From Azolla caroliniana (lineage: Eukaryota > Plantae > Polypodiophyta), in contig JBHGNT010000003.1 in NCBI GenBank assembly GCA_043228905.1, forward strand, positions 24,304,001-24,368,000: 64,000 nt of DNA. Direction: 5' to 3'. The position numbers were made by a program, and so were the translations under genes. The notes under the pieces are model-generated. The model searched no databases. It was not told the DNA's origin and was given only the letters and a program-made list of their open reading frames with translations. Below, piece by piece: positions 35,301 to 47,226 of this stretch. Numbering within the stretch: the first letter of the stretch is position 1; the number at the start of each line of letters is the position of its first letter.

Positions 35301-38300
35301 ACCACTTTACATGCAAGTGTCCAACTTACGCTGAGATAAGGGCAAAATACCGAGACATGCTCGGTCCCTCTCCCACCCTCCCCAAACTATTAGATACTCT
35401 AGATATAAAGAAGTTAGGTAGATATAGCTTAGAGTTAAAACAACATAGAGAGAATAAACTACAAAATGTTGACGATAACGTTTCTAAGATTCACCAACAT
35501 GTAACAAATGAAGTTTTTCAGGGACAAGGGGAGACGATGAATGTGGACACACCTGCACCACTCAACCTCTTCCTTGATGAAGCAAAAAACCAAAGAAGAA
35601 CCAAACGCCCTCGAATGTCGGGTTTGAAAGCAACTCGACATGGTGTAGAAGCAATTAAGACAATAAGGGAATGTGAGCTACACCGCCTGGAAGCCACTAT
35701 TGGGGTACCTTTTACACCGGGACCACGGCTCACACCCAAACCGAAACCCTTTGACCTCCCACTTCTTTTCGAGAGGCTTGGATGGAAATGACACTAAGCC
35801 TAGTACAAAGTCGTTTCCTTTATCGAATATGTTACATCATAACACGTTTTGTACAATACTAGAACTCTTTTAGCTTAAGTTCTATTTTTATTTTTTTTTG
35901 ATGATTGGGTAAAATCCCTATTTTGTTGTATACCAATTGTCTCATGGGCCAATTTTGGCCTTAGAAGCCGTTAATATATCTTTCTTTCTATTCTTTTAGA
36001 CTTTGGTCATGTTTAGATAGAGAGAAACAAGGCACGATCAATGGTATTGAGGAGTCATCTCTAATGAGTTACAACCAGCCCAAACACTTACGGTAGAAGC
36101 TTAAGTTTTTGGTCTTGTGGTGGGAATAGATACGCAGATTAGAATATAGCTTATGAGAAGATAAGTATTAGGAGAGGCTTTAGTTCTAGCACAAGTTCTT
36201 TAAAGAAAATCAATTTCAAGGTGATTGCTCTACAATGGGACTACATGCATGTGATTAAATAGAAAAACATGCCATCCCACAGTTAGCCACCTAAGTCATA
36301 ATATGATTGGATTTATTACAAGAGAAAATGAAGTTTGTTGTAAATATGCATATACCAAAGTAAATTATAGAAAATATCTATGTTTGCATCATAGTGTGCG
36401 CAAATAAGTTGAAATCCAGACATGTGAATCGGCTTAAGGTTATGTCTTATAACGTTGGTCTCAAAGGACATTGTGGTCTTCTTTGGCAACATTAATCTCA
36501 TAGTTTATGTTATTCTAACTTCTGTCATATTGAGACTCATTATACAAGAGGAAATTTCAGTGAATATGGATATTTTAATAACGTATTTCACAAGGAATAG
36601 GTACTGAAAAAAATTCTAAAATATCATGGTCAAATCTTTGATATCTAGCTTTGAACTCCCCTTTTGCAACGCATTAAGATATGCATTAATACCTTTAGGC
36701 TTGCAAGTATCTCTGAGCTGGATTTTCCAGATGCACATATCAGAAAAATGAAGCCAAACTTCGATGCATATTGCTGATTCCACTCTGCAAGTTCCTGTTC
36801 ATCAAACAGAAGAGTAGAAACATGAATATAATCAATAAAATCCGGGGCATAAAAAAGCCATTTGAGTCTAATTATGAAAAGAATTTCTAACGGCAAAAGG
36901 TCCCAAAACAATGTCCATCCTATCTAATATTTTATTTCATTCAGGATTGTCAATCTTGGAGGTCATGTATATGGATATCAGTCTCTTAGTTTCTTAATTA
37001 GAATATTTGTCACCACTAGTGTCTAACATGAGTAGATACGAGGATTATCATAATGCTTGAACAACGTTTAATGAAGCCAGAATAGACACTACAAGCAAAT
37101 GGTAGAAGATAGATATGAAGTGAATGGAACTTTTTTTCCAAAAGAATAGAGAAGGCTTTTATCTGTACAACACTACAAGCAAATGGTAGAAGATAGATAT
37201 GACTGTTTTTTCTTTGTTAAAAATGATCTCTAGCTTTGTTGGTAAGGATTCTCAGAGACTTGTTTTATATTCCATTGGCTAAAGCCATTTTTTCCTCCAC
37301 CCCATAGTGTGAACCATGTTTTTTCAACAACATTTCAACTTGATCTATAACAAATATCTCTCCGAAAAAGTTCATAGCACAATGATTTATGTCCATATAT
37401 CTTACATTCACGTCTCAAAATCATTCCTCTGTATACGTGTGGATTTTAAATAAGGTTTCTATCATCGAGGTGTCTTATGACATTCTAAGGTAACTTATTT
37501 ATTTACATGCGATCCCAGAACTTGTCAAATCAGGCAAGCTGACATTGCATGGCTACTCTGAAACAGCTGAGGCCAATCAACATTTGAATCTGATGTGTGG
37601 AGGTGTGTGCACAGTGGATCCAATCGTAAATATATGCCACTCATGAAATCACTTAAAAGTCATAAGTCAGTCAGTTGGTCAAAATACTGAGAAGAGGTGG
37701 ACATCTGGCAGCATGATCAAGTCTTGCCCTATTCAGACAAACCTCTTTTGATGTAGAATTCGAATCCTGAATTTAAGGCTGCTACAAAGACTCTCTTCAG
37801 TAGTAAAATCTGCACAAACTCGGCTCCATTGTTACCTTATCTACTTTGCCCAATGGATACTGTTCTAGAGGTTGTTGTTAGCTTCAGTCATCAAATTTGG
37901 CCTAAACTAGGATTTTGCAGCTGTCTATGCTCTACTTTTTGTGTTACAACTTATTGTGTTCGCTTCCCTTGGCTATGAATAAAGATATACCAAAAGGGGG
38001 TTCTAGTGCTTGGGGCGAACATGGTGGCAAATTTCATGTTCACGATTCATCTAGATTATTGGATGGGAAATTTTTCTTCACAAATTAAAAATCTTAAGGA
38101 GATGTTTGTTCCCTTCCTTCATTTATTTTATCCCCAGAAGTGAAATGCTAGCCACATCAGTGATTCAATTGGGGAAGTTAGACAGGTTAGTTTCAGTATA
38201 GAAATAGATTAGGGATTTCCTAATGCATCTATTTTGTTTGAAAACAGTAATATATTTAAGGCAACAAACCAGAAATTAATGACAAGATGAAATGCATGCA

Positions 38301-39692
38301 ATATTTCATGTTCTACCTGCATGATGTTATCATTGGCACTCTTCAATGCCACTGATTGTTCCCCTTTACACCATCTAGAATGTTAAAAAGGATATAATTT
38401 AGTTTTACATTTGAATGGTAGTGGCAAAAATGGTACAGATGGAAAGAACGTGAGAATACAAAATAATGTATTTCCATATCAAGGACTGGTGAGCTTTTGT
38501 GCATATGAAATATCAGATAACAGAAATCAAATAAGCAAGGAATAATACTCTGCAGTTGGTGCATCTCTCTTTAAGGCCTCCAAGTCCCCAATTCGAGGAT
38601 GGGCTGCGAATGCTTCTAACCAGCTTGGTATATCTATCTGGATTAAATCAAATGAATTACAATTCCATTATTAGTAGAAACAAACCTTACTGGTATACTC
38701 TCGAATTTCTCGGAGTAGTCTTCCTTTACTTTAAAAACATCTTGATTCCAAAATGGCCCTATACAAATTTCAATAGTTAAGGGTTATCATGACCGACATC
38801 TATTTTGCACTTGGATTTTTGAAGATATCATGAAAATGTTCTAAAAAATTCCATTCACAACTTACATTTCACTCTTCAGAGTGTCTTCAAAATATCATAA
38901 AATACCCTAAATCTTGTCATGATGGCCCATCTTCTATTAGATCTAAGGTTCACATATTGGTTGTGCGGTGTATCATTTCTGACCACTTTATACAACAGAT
39001 CGTGCTTTCTCCAAGTAATCAAGAATCAAGCACTTGAACAAAATTATAAATGATGCAAATAGTGTGTTTACAATGAAGGTGGGCATGTTTTGTAAATCTT
39101 TTTCGATTTTATGAGATTAACCATCCTCAAATGTAAATTTAGAAACTTGATCCAACGAAATTGCATATGCATTGTCATAATTGATCATACAAATTGAGAT
39201 GGATCTATGACAAGGAGCAACAAATAGTTGACATAATCGCAACTTCTTCAACTTTATGATGAACTACGTCACTAAATATAAAATAAAAAGTCCTTCGACT
39301 ATATGATGAACTTTTTGTGGACTCTGATTCCATAAAGTAAGTATATTGTTTCAATTAATTTCACCCGATTCAGCAAAGAGATACAAAGGTTTATGGCATT
39401 TTCATGCCCTTTTCTGGGAGAAAATATATTTGATTGTGCGTGATTTAGAGAAATAAATATTAAAAAAATTAAAAAATTAAAAAACTCATTTCCTTACTTG
39501 GAATCGAGAGAAAAACAAAAGAAAGGATGGCTGATAGATAGATATATAAAAGAGTACCTTATTCCACCAGATTTCTCTCGAGGCAAGGACAGCTTCAGAG
39601 AGAGACGAGAAAGGAGAAGCTTTGGCCATCTCTTCGGCAAATTTAGAGCTGCCACAGCAAGACAAGAAGTCTTGAAAATTGAGGGTTGCCAT
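32306..39692 (-). CDS. TTL: Bifunctional urate-degradation protein TTL (OHCU decarboxylase + 5-hydroxyisourate hydrolase), 6 exons, 329 aa
   Basis: Exons 39692-39558, 38637-38549, 38374-38317, 36794-36693, 33014-32888, 32784-32306, all GT-AG and in phase. Motifs CCGS..FA, WLEAFAAHPRIG, EQS.A, Y..KFGFIFLICASGK, EQ.KIT.IRL, ITTHVLD, HFHVP.LLSPFSYTTYRGS. Confidence 0.95.
33600..35990 (+). mobile_element. Degenerate non-LTR retrotransposon (LINE) relic in TTL intron 4, antisense to the gene; boundaries approximate
   Basis: RT motif remnant VKQGCPVS at ~33821. ORF 35066..35791 has LRISSHQLEIENG...REERMCTLC.IEIEE..HFTCKCPTY, a C-terminal Cys/His motif of LINE ORF2. Confidence 0.75.
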
Positions 39693-39837
39693 AGCTGTCT
39701 GTCTCTCCTTCTGTCTCGGACAAAATCGCTTCTTTACTTCCTTGAATCTTGATCACTAAGAGGAAGTTTACTTCTGAGAAATTTGCGAAAGTGCCCTCGG
39801 AACCATTGATACCGCGGAAGTTTATTTCTGAGAAATT

Positions 39838-40417
39838 TGTTATGCCCCTAGTTTATGGGGGTCTTGAAACTCACACACAACATGATTGGGACAAAAGAGA
39901 ATTTATACTATATAGTATATCCAACAGAAAAGCTTACAATACTCCCAAAATGGGAACAAACCAAAAAGAGGGTTTGGGAGTCGGGACGAATCAAGACTTA
40001 GCCAAGACAAAATCCGAACAACTCCCAAAACTATGTACAGGGACAAGAGAGAGCTTCAATAGTTACAAGACGTCATAGTAGAACTCACAAGTCAGGAATG
40101 AATGAAAATGAGGACAAACTCCTCCATATATAGGCCACGGGGTAGTTGTTGGGCTACCCTAACCGTTAGGCCAAGAGGTGCTTGGTGGGCTACCCTTTGG
40201 CTGGTCGTTGGGATTGGTCCAACTACATTTGGGACTGTCCCAACTCAAATTTGGCATTGCTTGGGTCTATCCCAACCTAAACCTTGCTTGAGGCAGTCCC
40301 AACTATGTTTGGGACTTCTCAGATGCACCTCCAACCCAAAGTGGTGCCTTCTTTGGGACTATGATTGGGCCCATTTATGAGTCCCATATCAACTTGGGAC
40401 AACCTAGGGACACCACA
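39838..40417 (-). mobile_element. Solo LTR (580 bp) with a 4-bp TSD AATT, 145 bp upstream of the TTL start codon
   Basis: Minus-strand ends TGTGGTGTCCCTAG...CTAGGGGCATAACA. AATT at 39834-39837 and 40418-40421. TATA-like CTATATAT at ~40130. Removing it restores a 54-bp tandem repeat unit. Confidence 0.8.
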
Positions 40418-40569
40418 AATTTGTGAAAGTACCCTCTGAACTATTGGTACCACGGAAGTCCCCCCCCCTCCCAATGGCATTTGGCTACGAACATACAAAA
40501 GATTGTTGTCTGTCCAATACTTCAGCACGCATATAACTTATAACATCCGAATAACAAAGAGACAACATC

Positions 40570-42518
40570 TGGCTAGGCGGGCCCCTTTCCCTTGCGTGCT
40601 GGGCATTGTGTGGCATAATGTCCGGGTTGCTGACAAAAAAAATAGTGGATGCTTGATTCTCCCTTCTCAGCCCCAGGTGGAGTGTGTCGTTCTCCGGGCG
40701 CTACTTGCTCTTCGCGGTCCGGCCTCGTTTGTCGGGACGTACGCGGTGGCTGCTATTGATCCCGCCATTGTTCCTGGTGCCGCTCATCCCCCGAGCTTTC
40801 GTCGTAACGTCAATGATCCCTATATTGTCGAGGCTTACCTCGATAGCCATTGAAGCCACCCCGTTTGTTCATCGGGCATTGATGTTCGTATCGTCGACCT
40901 CCTTTGGCATAACTCGGATGTCCACGATAATCCTCGTCCTCCGGGTCCTCCTCCTCGGACTCATTGTGATTCCGGCGATTCTGGTTGTACCTGTCCTCCC
41001 GCGGGTTGCGATCCTTATACCGGGGTCGGTCTTCTTGCCTCCTTTGATCCACCCGATTTGGTTGCCGTTGTGTGTCCATGCTGTGGACCGCAGGCGTGGC
41101 TCTATTTAACATATTGTACTCGCATTGGTCGATTGTGTGAACCTTCGAGTGGCAGATTGGGCAGTGGATTCGCATATTGCACTCCACCGCGGAATGCCCC
41201 GAGTTCAAGCAAATCGTGCATTGGATTGCCTGACGAAATTGGCGTTCCTCATCCTGAGGTAACGCTTGTCGTAAGGATGACATCGAAAACCTCTCCTCCT
41301 CGTCATCCAACTCGAGCTGTAACACTCGTTCAATCACCATATCCGTTGTTTCCCCTTTCACGCTATTGTTGTTGAGCGTTGCCCTGATGGGCCGGCGTAA
41401 CGCTGCCAGAAATGTCTCCCGTGCCTCCTCCTCCGCAAGGCTTCGATCCAATTTCCGTCGTAAATTTTGGAACCGTAAGTTGAAGTCTGTTATTGTCTCG
41501 GTCGGTAGTTGCTTAATTGTATAAAACTGCCCGAGAATCTCGTGTTGTGGAACCCTCCGGTGGAAAAAACGCAAGAAGGCGGACTGGAGCTGATCGAAGG
41601 TTGTTATGGCCGGTAAATCCATCTGTGAATGCCAGAACGCCGCACACCCATCTAATGTTAATCCGAACTCCGTCATTTTCGACTGGTGTGCCACCGTCTC
41701 GGAAAGGTTCTGTGCCATGTGGTTCGCATTCCAAACGTTCAAGAACATGCGAACATGAGTCGCGACGTCGGTTTCGCCGTTAAAGCGGGGGTAGGCAAAG
41801 GCCATCATGGGAGCTACGGCGAATCGGAGAAGGTCACCGAGAGGCTGCGGTAAGCGTGGTCCCCTCGTCTCGTCGAGGTATTTGGGGAGCAAGGAATCCT
41901 CTTTGCGCTCCTGGCAGGTATTACTAGGGTCGCCGATGCGCGGCTTTTGCCTGGCGTGTGACAGACCTTGTTATTGGCCGGTCTTGTCTTGTTGGTTCTC
42001 TGAGTCGTCTGCGGCTAAACATCCATTCGTTGTTGCTCGTCTGTGAGGAAACACAAATCACCAAGCGTGCCAAAAGTGTTGCCTCTTAGGAAACATGGTC
42101 CGTGGTCAGTCCTTCAACCTAGACCCCAAGGTGGGTGTGGAACAACGAACAGAGCTTAATCGTACTACGTAAGGAGAGAACCTCTGTGATTCCTCTGTGG
42201 GTAAGGGGAGACGGCTACAACCGACTCCTTATCACAGGTTGCGCTTACGTACTACTACGATTACGTATCCGAGACACAGACACTGAATTAGTCGTAGCTA
42301 TACACAGAAACTCAGAGAATATAGTATTCTATTATCATGCGTTCTTTTCCAATTCCCAAAATTTACACGCACCTCCTTACGAGGTTTTCTGCCCTTTATA
42401 TATGCAGGGTCTAATTAGCCGTTCACGCTTCCCCGCGTGAACTGTTACATACGTTACGCTTTATATAGTTTCTTATTCCTACGCTTTTGGCCGTCAGTTA
42501 CTATTCCGGCGGACAACA
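40570..42518 (-). mobile_element. 5' remnant of a Gypsy element related to 3319-18759 (5' LTR, PBS, gag)
   Basis: LTR 42518->42077 starts TGTTGTCC and ends GGCAACA; PBS TGGCACGCTTGGT at 42072-42060. The gag ORF is clearly homologous to the first element and is truncated just after the knuckle motif PGHYATQC...GKGPA. Confidence 0.88.
40810..41892 (-). pseudogene. Gypsy gag ORF of the truncated element
   Basis: FAYPRFNGETDVATHVRMF...GLTLDGCAAFW...FSMSSLRQALPQD...CTICLNSGHSAVEC...CPICHSKVHTIDQC aligns by eye with 3966-4810. Confidence 0.88.
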
Positions 42519-44511
42519 ACTATACCCGTCATAATTCAAGAAACCTATATAAAAGTACATCTCTAACTGGATATAGGATCTTGTTTAATATATTCATTGG
42601 GAAATTCATAAAATTATGCATGCCTCAAATAGATTATCTTATTTTCAATTTACTTTGGGAATATTGTAAAAACATGCCTCTAAATATATATTTTTTGTTG
42701 TTCACTTTGGGGGGATTTTTGTGAGAAGTGTGTATCTTATTTCATAACACTTTGGAAATTTTGTAAAAGTCTCCCCATGAATATATGCTTTGCATTCGGG
42801 TAATTCTTCTAAAAGCTCAAGTTTTATATGATGTTATACTTTGGATGGTTTGCAAATAACTCTCTCTTAACTATATATACCTTGTTTCTTGACACCTAGT
42901 TTTTGTTTTTGGGGAAACTGGCAAATGTAGGGGTTTTTTATACATAATATGCTTGATTGCACATATATAATGTTGCGTATCTAGCGGTGACACATTATCA
43001 ATTTAGTTAATTTCTTTTATTCTCTAATTGCAATGTTTATAGATTTACTTTCATTTTTCTTCTTATTGTGTTTGTGAACCAATAAAGATATGTCGTTCCC
43101 TCATCACCCAATTTGTTATAGTCATAACCTTACAAACCAATTTGAATATAGCTCATTTTAATGGATTAAGGGTAGGATAGTTGTGAAACCTCTTAAATTA
43201 AGAATAGGGACAAACTCGTACGGACCATGACACATGGTGATATGGGAACCTTATGCTATCGAGACTTTATTGGTGAGGCTAAACACTCTTCTTCCAATCC
43301 GTTAATCGATATACTTAAATCTAGTTGTCACAAAAGGTTACTCCATCCAACCAAATAATAGCGCCCATTTTGGTCAACGAGTAGTTAAAGAAATTGAAAG
43401 CTAATGTACTAACGATTGACACCTCCTTTATATACGTGGTTGTTATAGCGTTGGGGTTAGATTTGCCAACCATGGACTCAATGTTTAGTAGGGTGGAATT
43501 GCCATATAATTAGAGTTCATCATCTACAAACATAATGAACATATGGGTATTCCTAAACAAGATGCACATCGATGGGCATCAATGATGTCCATAATGTTGT
43601 CACTTCAAGCTTGATGGTAATATTTTATTTATGAAAGTTCTATCTATAAGTTTAATTCTAGTATTGCACCCACTTTCTTGAGTCATTTGCCAAACTATTT
43701 TGCATGCTTAGTTCAATTATCTAATGCAAGTACTGCACTCACTTTCTCTAGTCATTTGCTGAAACTATATTGCAATTTGCATGCTTTTTGGTCAATTATC
43801 TATATGCAGTACGCATTCTTAGGTCAATGATTCAATGGCACAAGTAAAGTAAAGGAGTTTTACCAACCTAGTGTGATTTTAAGTTAATGAAGTAAAATGA
43901 TAACAATAGAGTCAACAACCTTACAAATTGGCATACTCACAATCCTTTCACACTAATATGTTCAGGCTATTAAGGGAATTAGTTAATAAAGTGACCCTAA
44001 AGGAACGAGAGAAATCTATTTAAGGAACTAGTTGGGGATCTAATATGTTGTAAAATCTCAAAGCTTGATCCTACATAAGATTCAAAATGGTTTCTCTTAT
44101 GTTTTCACAACCCCTTAACCACTTGGCAACCATCTTTCTAATTCCTATACTTATTTGAATATGAAATTACATATTGCAAAACAAAGAGGAGAAAAGCAAA
44201 GAACAAATAATATTATTATTCTAGTAGTGGCAACAAGATCGACAGAAGGCAAATCAGAAAAAAAATTCATGCAATTGGGTACTTGTATTGGTTATTGGCA
44301 TTTTGTGAAATTGAGAGGGGAATATTATATGTGAAATATGCTACCCAAGTCATTAAAAAAACTTTGCACGTATAATCATACTCATATGGTTTTTACATAG
44401 TAGAGTTCATATGGAAGACGTTAAATATATAAATCTCAGAGATATGTTTTATTTCATGCACATCCATAAGTAGGATGGATTTTGCTTTGCAAAATACAAT
44501 ATCACATGCTT

Positions 44512-45645
44512 TTATAACTTATTTCCATACCAAAATACACCATCTTCTAGCATAGGAGAATCAACATCCACAAATACACACAACTTGAATTCTCTCCATA
44601 GTGATTCCAACACTGGAGTTCCATCAAATTGATAGTGGCTCCCTAATATAGGTTTGATTGCTTTTGTTGCTTCTTCGGCATGATAATGAGGCATAGAAGA
44701 GAATATATGGTGAACCACATGAGTGTCGGTAATATGATGGAACACATGATTAAGAACACCGTAATCTCTATCAATTGTTGACAAAGCTCCGCGTAACCAT
44801 TCCCACTCTGAATCCGAATAATGAGGAAGTGAAGGGTGAGTGTGTTGCAAATATGTGATGAGGACTAGAAATCCATTAACAATCATTAGAGGCACTCCAT
44901 AAACCCGGACTAGCCATGGAAGCCCATGTCTAGAAGCTAACTTATACAAAAAAATTGCAACACCAACAAGTGATACATCACTAAGGAACACTTGGAATCT
45001 CTCCCTCTTGTTAAATATGGGTCCATATGGATTATAATGTGAAGCCGGTCTCTCATATGACCGACCTGAGACGTTGAAAGTCAGGTATAATGGCCACCCC
45101 AATGTCAATGTCACTACAATGATCATCAATCTGCTAAAAGGGTTATTGTGATAGTGAGCAAAGAAGCTTAAATTATTCCTTGTTTTTGGCACAAATACCT
45201 CGTCTCTAGAGAGGCTCCCTGTATTGCTATGGTGTCTTCGATGACTATATTTCCATGAGAAATAAGGAACAAGAAGCCACGAGTGCAAGAAAAAACCAAC
45301 CATGTCATCGACAAGGGTATACTCACTAAAAGCATGATGACCACATTCATGTGCTATGACCCAAACACCAGTGCAAACACATCCTTGTGCCACCCAATAT
45401 AGCGACCATAGAATCCATCCTAGTAATCCAGAGAAACGATCAATAAAACTTGTGCTATATATCAAGATGCTAACCATTAAGAGATCCTGTATCAAGTATG
45501 ATGTTGATCTTATTAAAGATCTATTGAAACAATGTCGAGGTATCGCCTTCTTAAGCTGACTAACCGAGAAAGGTGGTTTTGTGTGTGGTGCTCTTGTCAC
45601 TTTCATTGGTTCACTCTCATTGTTGATCGGTCCTCCAACACCCAT
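44512..45645 (-). CDS. FAD2: Microsomal omega-6/delta-12 fatty acid desaturase, single coding exon, 377 aa from MGVGG
   Basis: Three His boxes (HECGH, HRRHH, HVVHH), N-terminal MGxGG and a C-terminal WYGNKL ER-retrieval-like motif. The first ATG is at 45645; the ORF track start at 45660 is a GTG. Confidence 0.97.
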   Translation of the reverse strand: MGVGGPINNESEPMKVTRAPHTKPPFSVSQLKKAIPRHCFNRSLIRSTSYLIQDLLMVSILIYSTSFIDRFSGLLGWILWSLYWVAQGCVCTGVWVIAHECGHHAFSEYTLVDDMVGFFLHSWLLVPYFSWKYSHRRHHSNTGSLSRDEVFVPKTRNNLSFFAHYHNNPFSRLMIIVVTLTLGWPLYLTFNVSGRSYERPASHYNPYGPIFNKRERFQVFLSDVSLVGVAIFLYKLASRHGLPWLVRVYGVPLMIVNGFLVLITYLQHTHPSLPHYSDSEWEWLRGALSTIDRDYGVLNHVFHHITDTHVVHHIFSSMPHYHAEEATKAIKPILGSHYQFDGTPVLESLWREFKLCVFVDVDSPMLEDGVFWYGNKL

Positions 45646-46109
45646 CTCTGGATCAAACACAAAATGATTATTTGATTGAAGACAAACCTATTACATATTT
45701 TCTCTCTCTTTTTGGATCATCCAAAAAATGTTTGAAAAGGTACAACACCATGACTTTGAACTTTGCATGGCCTCAACCATCATTAAAATTTGGAAAGAGA
45801 GCCCATGGGTAGGAGCCATGTAATCGAGCATGCATGTCTTTGGATGGACGGCCTTCTTATGCATATGGAGACAAAATTATATTGGGCACATGTGATACTA
45901 TAGATACATTATATGCATCGATATGGATGGATGGAAAATGTGTATATCAATGACCATGACATTTTGTGTATGCGAAAACTAAACCATTCATGGGATATAC
46001 TATACACTAGTTAATGATTGTGTGGTTGTTCGTTGGTAGCATTCTTATGTGTATAGAGACTAAAATCATGTGATATAAAACATACATCATGGTAAATGTC
46101 ACAAAAATA

Positions 46110-46545
46110 TACATGATATATGGATGTGTCTAGATGGGTGATGTTCCATGGCTATGGACAAACCATGCATGCATGTGACAATATGATATATGCACGTGTC
46201 TAGATGGATGACATTCTTATGGCTACAAAGACAAACCATGCATGCATGGACAATACGATATATGCAAGTGTCTAGATGGATGCCATTCCTATGGCTACAA
46301 AGACAAACCATGCGTGCATGGATAATACGATATATGCAAGTGTCTAGATGGATGCCATTCCTATGGCTACGAAGACAAAGCATGCGTGCATGTGAAAATA
46401 TGATATATATATATATATAATGTCTAGATGGATGACATTCATATGGCTAATAAGACACCCATGTATGCATGTGAAAATATGATATATGCATGTGTCTAGA
46501 TGACTAACATTCTAATGGTTACGAAGAAAAACCATGCATGCATAT
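46110..46545. repeat. ~72-bp minisatellite, about six copies
   Basis: TGTCTAGATG anchors at 46127, 46197, 46269, 46341, 46421 and 46493. Confidence 0.9.
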
Positions 46546-47003
46546 CAATCAAATACATGAGATTTATGTATTTGTATGGAGGACAAAATCATAGGGCCTA
46601 TTACGTGGTACAACAAATGCATGGCAAACAAGCAATGGTATCATATTGGTGTATAGATGGATCATAAAAAATTCCATGGAACAATATGCATACATCATAC
46701 ATTGAGCAATGAATAATTATTATACATTATTATAAGCTAAATGAGAAGGACATGTGTATGCATATATCAACACTTTTGCACAACATTATTACACGTAGAA
46801 ACTGATATAGTTATCGTGCTACAATTCAAGGATCCAATCATATGAATACTTCAAGATTACAATAATATCAATCATTGATATTGACTTGTCAATGACCCAT
46901 TCGATTAGACACAATAGAAACCCAATAGCAATATTTAAAATAAGAAGATTCAATTAGAAGAAGAAGGATAGGGAGTATTTTTATAATAACTAACCTGCGT
47001 TTA

Positions 47004-47172
47004 ATGGTTGCTTCTTGCGCTAATCACAAGAGTTATGATATGGTTGCTTCTTGCACTAATCAATAGATTTTATCATAACTCCTATATATATAGTATTGGA
47101 AGGGCTTCTTGCACTAATCACAAGAGTTATGATATGGTTGCTTCTTGCACTAATCAATAGATTTTATCATAA

Positions 47173-47215
<43 letters not shown>

Positions 47216-47226
47216 TTGGAAGGGCC
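47004..47226. repeat. Local tandem duplication with a variable (TA)n tract
   Basis: GCTTCTTGC(A/G)CTAATCACAAGAGTTATGATATGGTTGCTTCTTGCACTAATCAATAGATTTTATCATAACTC-(TA)n-GTATTGGAAGGGC occurs twice. Confidence 0.85.

Noticed and set aside
40460-40472. G-rich PPT-like tract suggesting an LTR start at ~40452
   Set aside because: Terminal inverted ends and the AATT TSD place the solo LTR boundary at 40417.
40504-40567. 64-bp segment with TGTTGTCT...AGACAACA inverted ends
   Set aside because: Too short and has no TSD; could be chance or a deletion scar.
43100-43620. Possible integrase/chromodomain remnants
   Set aside because: Only faint, frame-broken resemblance; not supportable by eye.
44512-45645. 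Divergent FAD2 (hydroxylase, conjugase or acetylenase)
   Set aside because: Residues around the His boxes are desaturase-like ([20 protein letters not shown]).
45646-45660. FAD2 N-terminal extension MFDPE from the ORF track
   Set aside because: It starts at GTG; the ATG at 45645 gives the family-typical MGxGG start.
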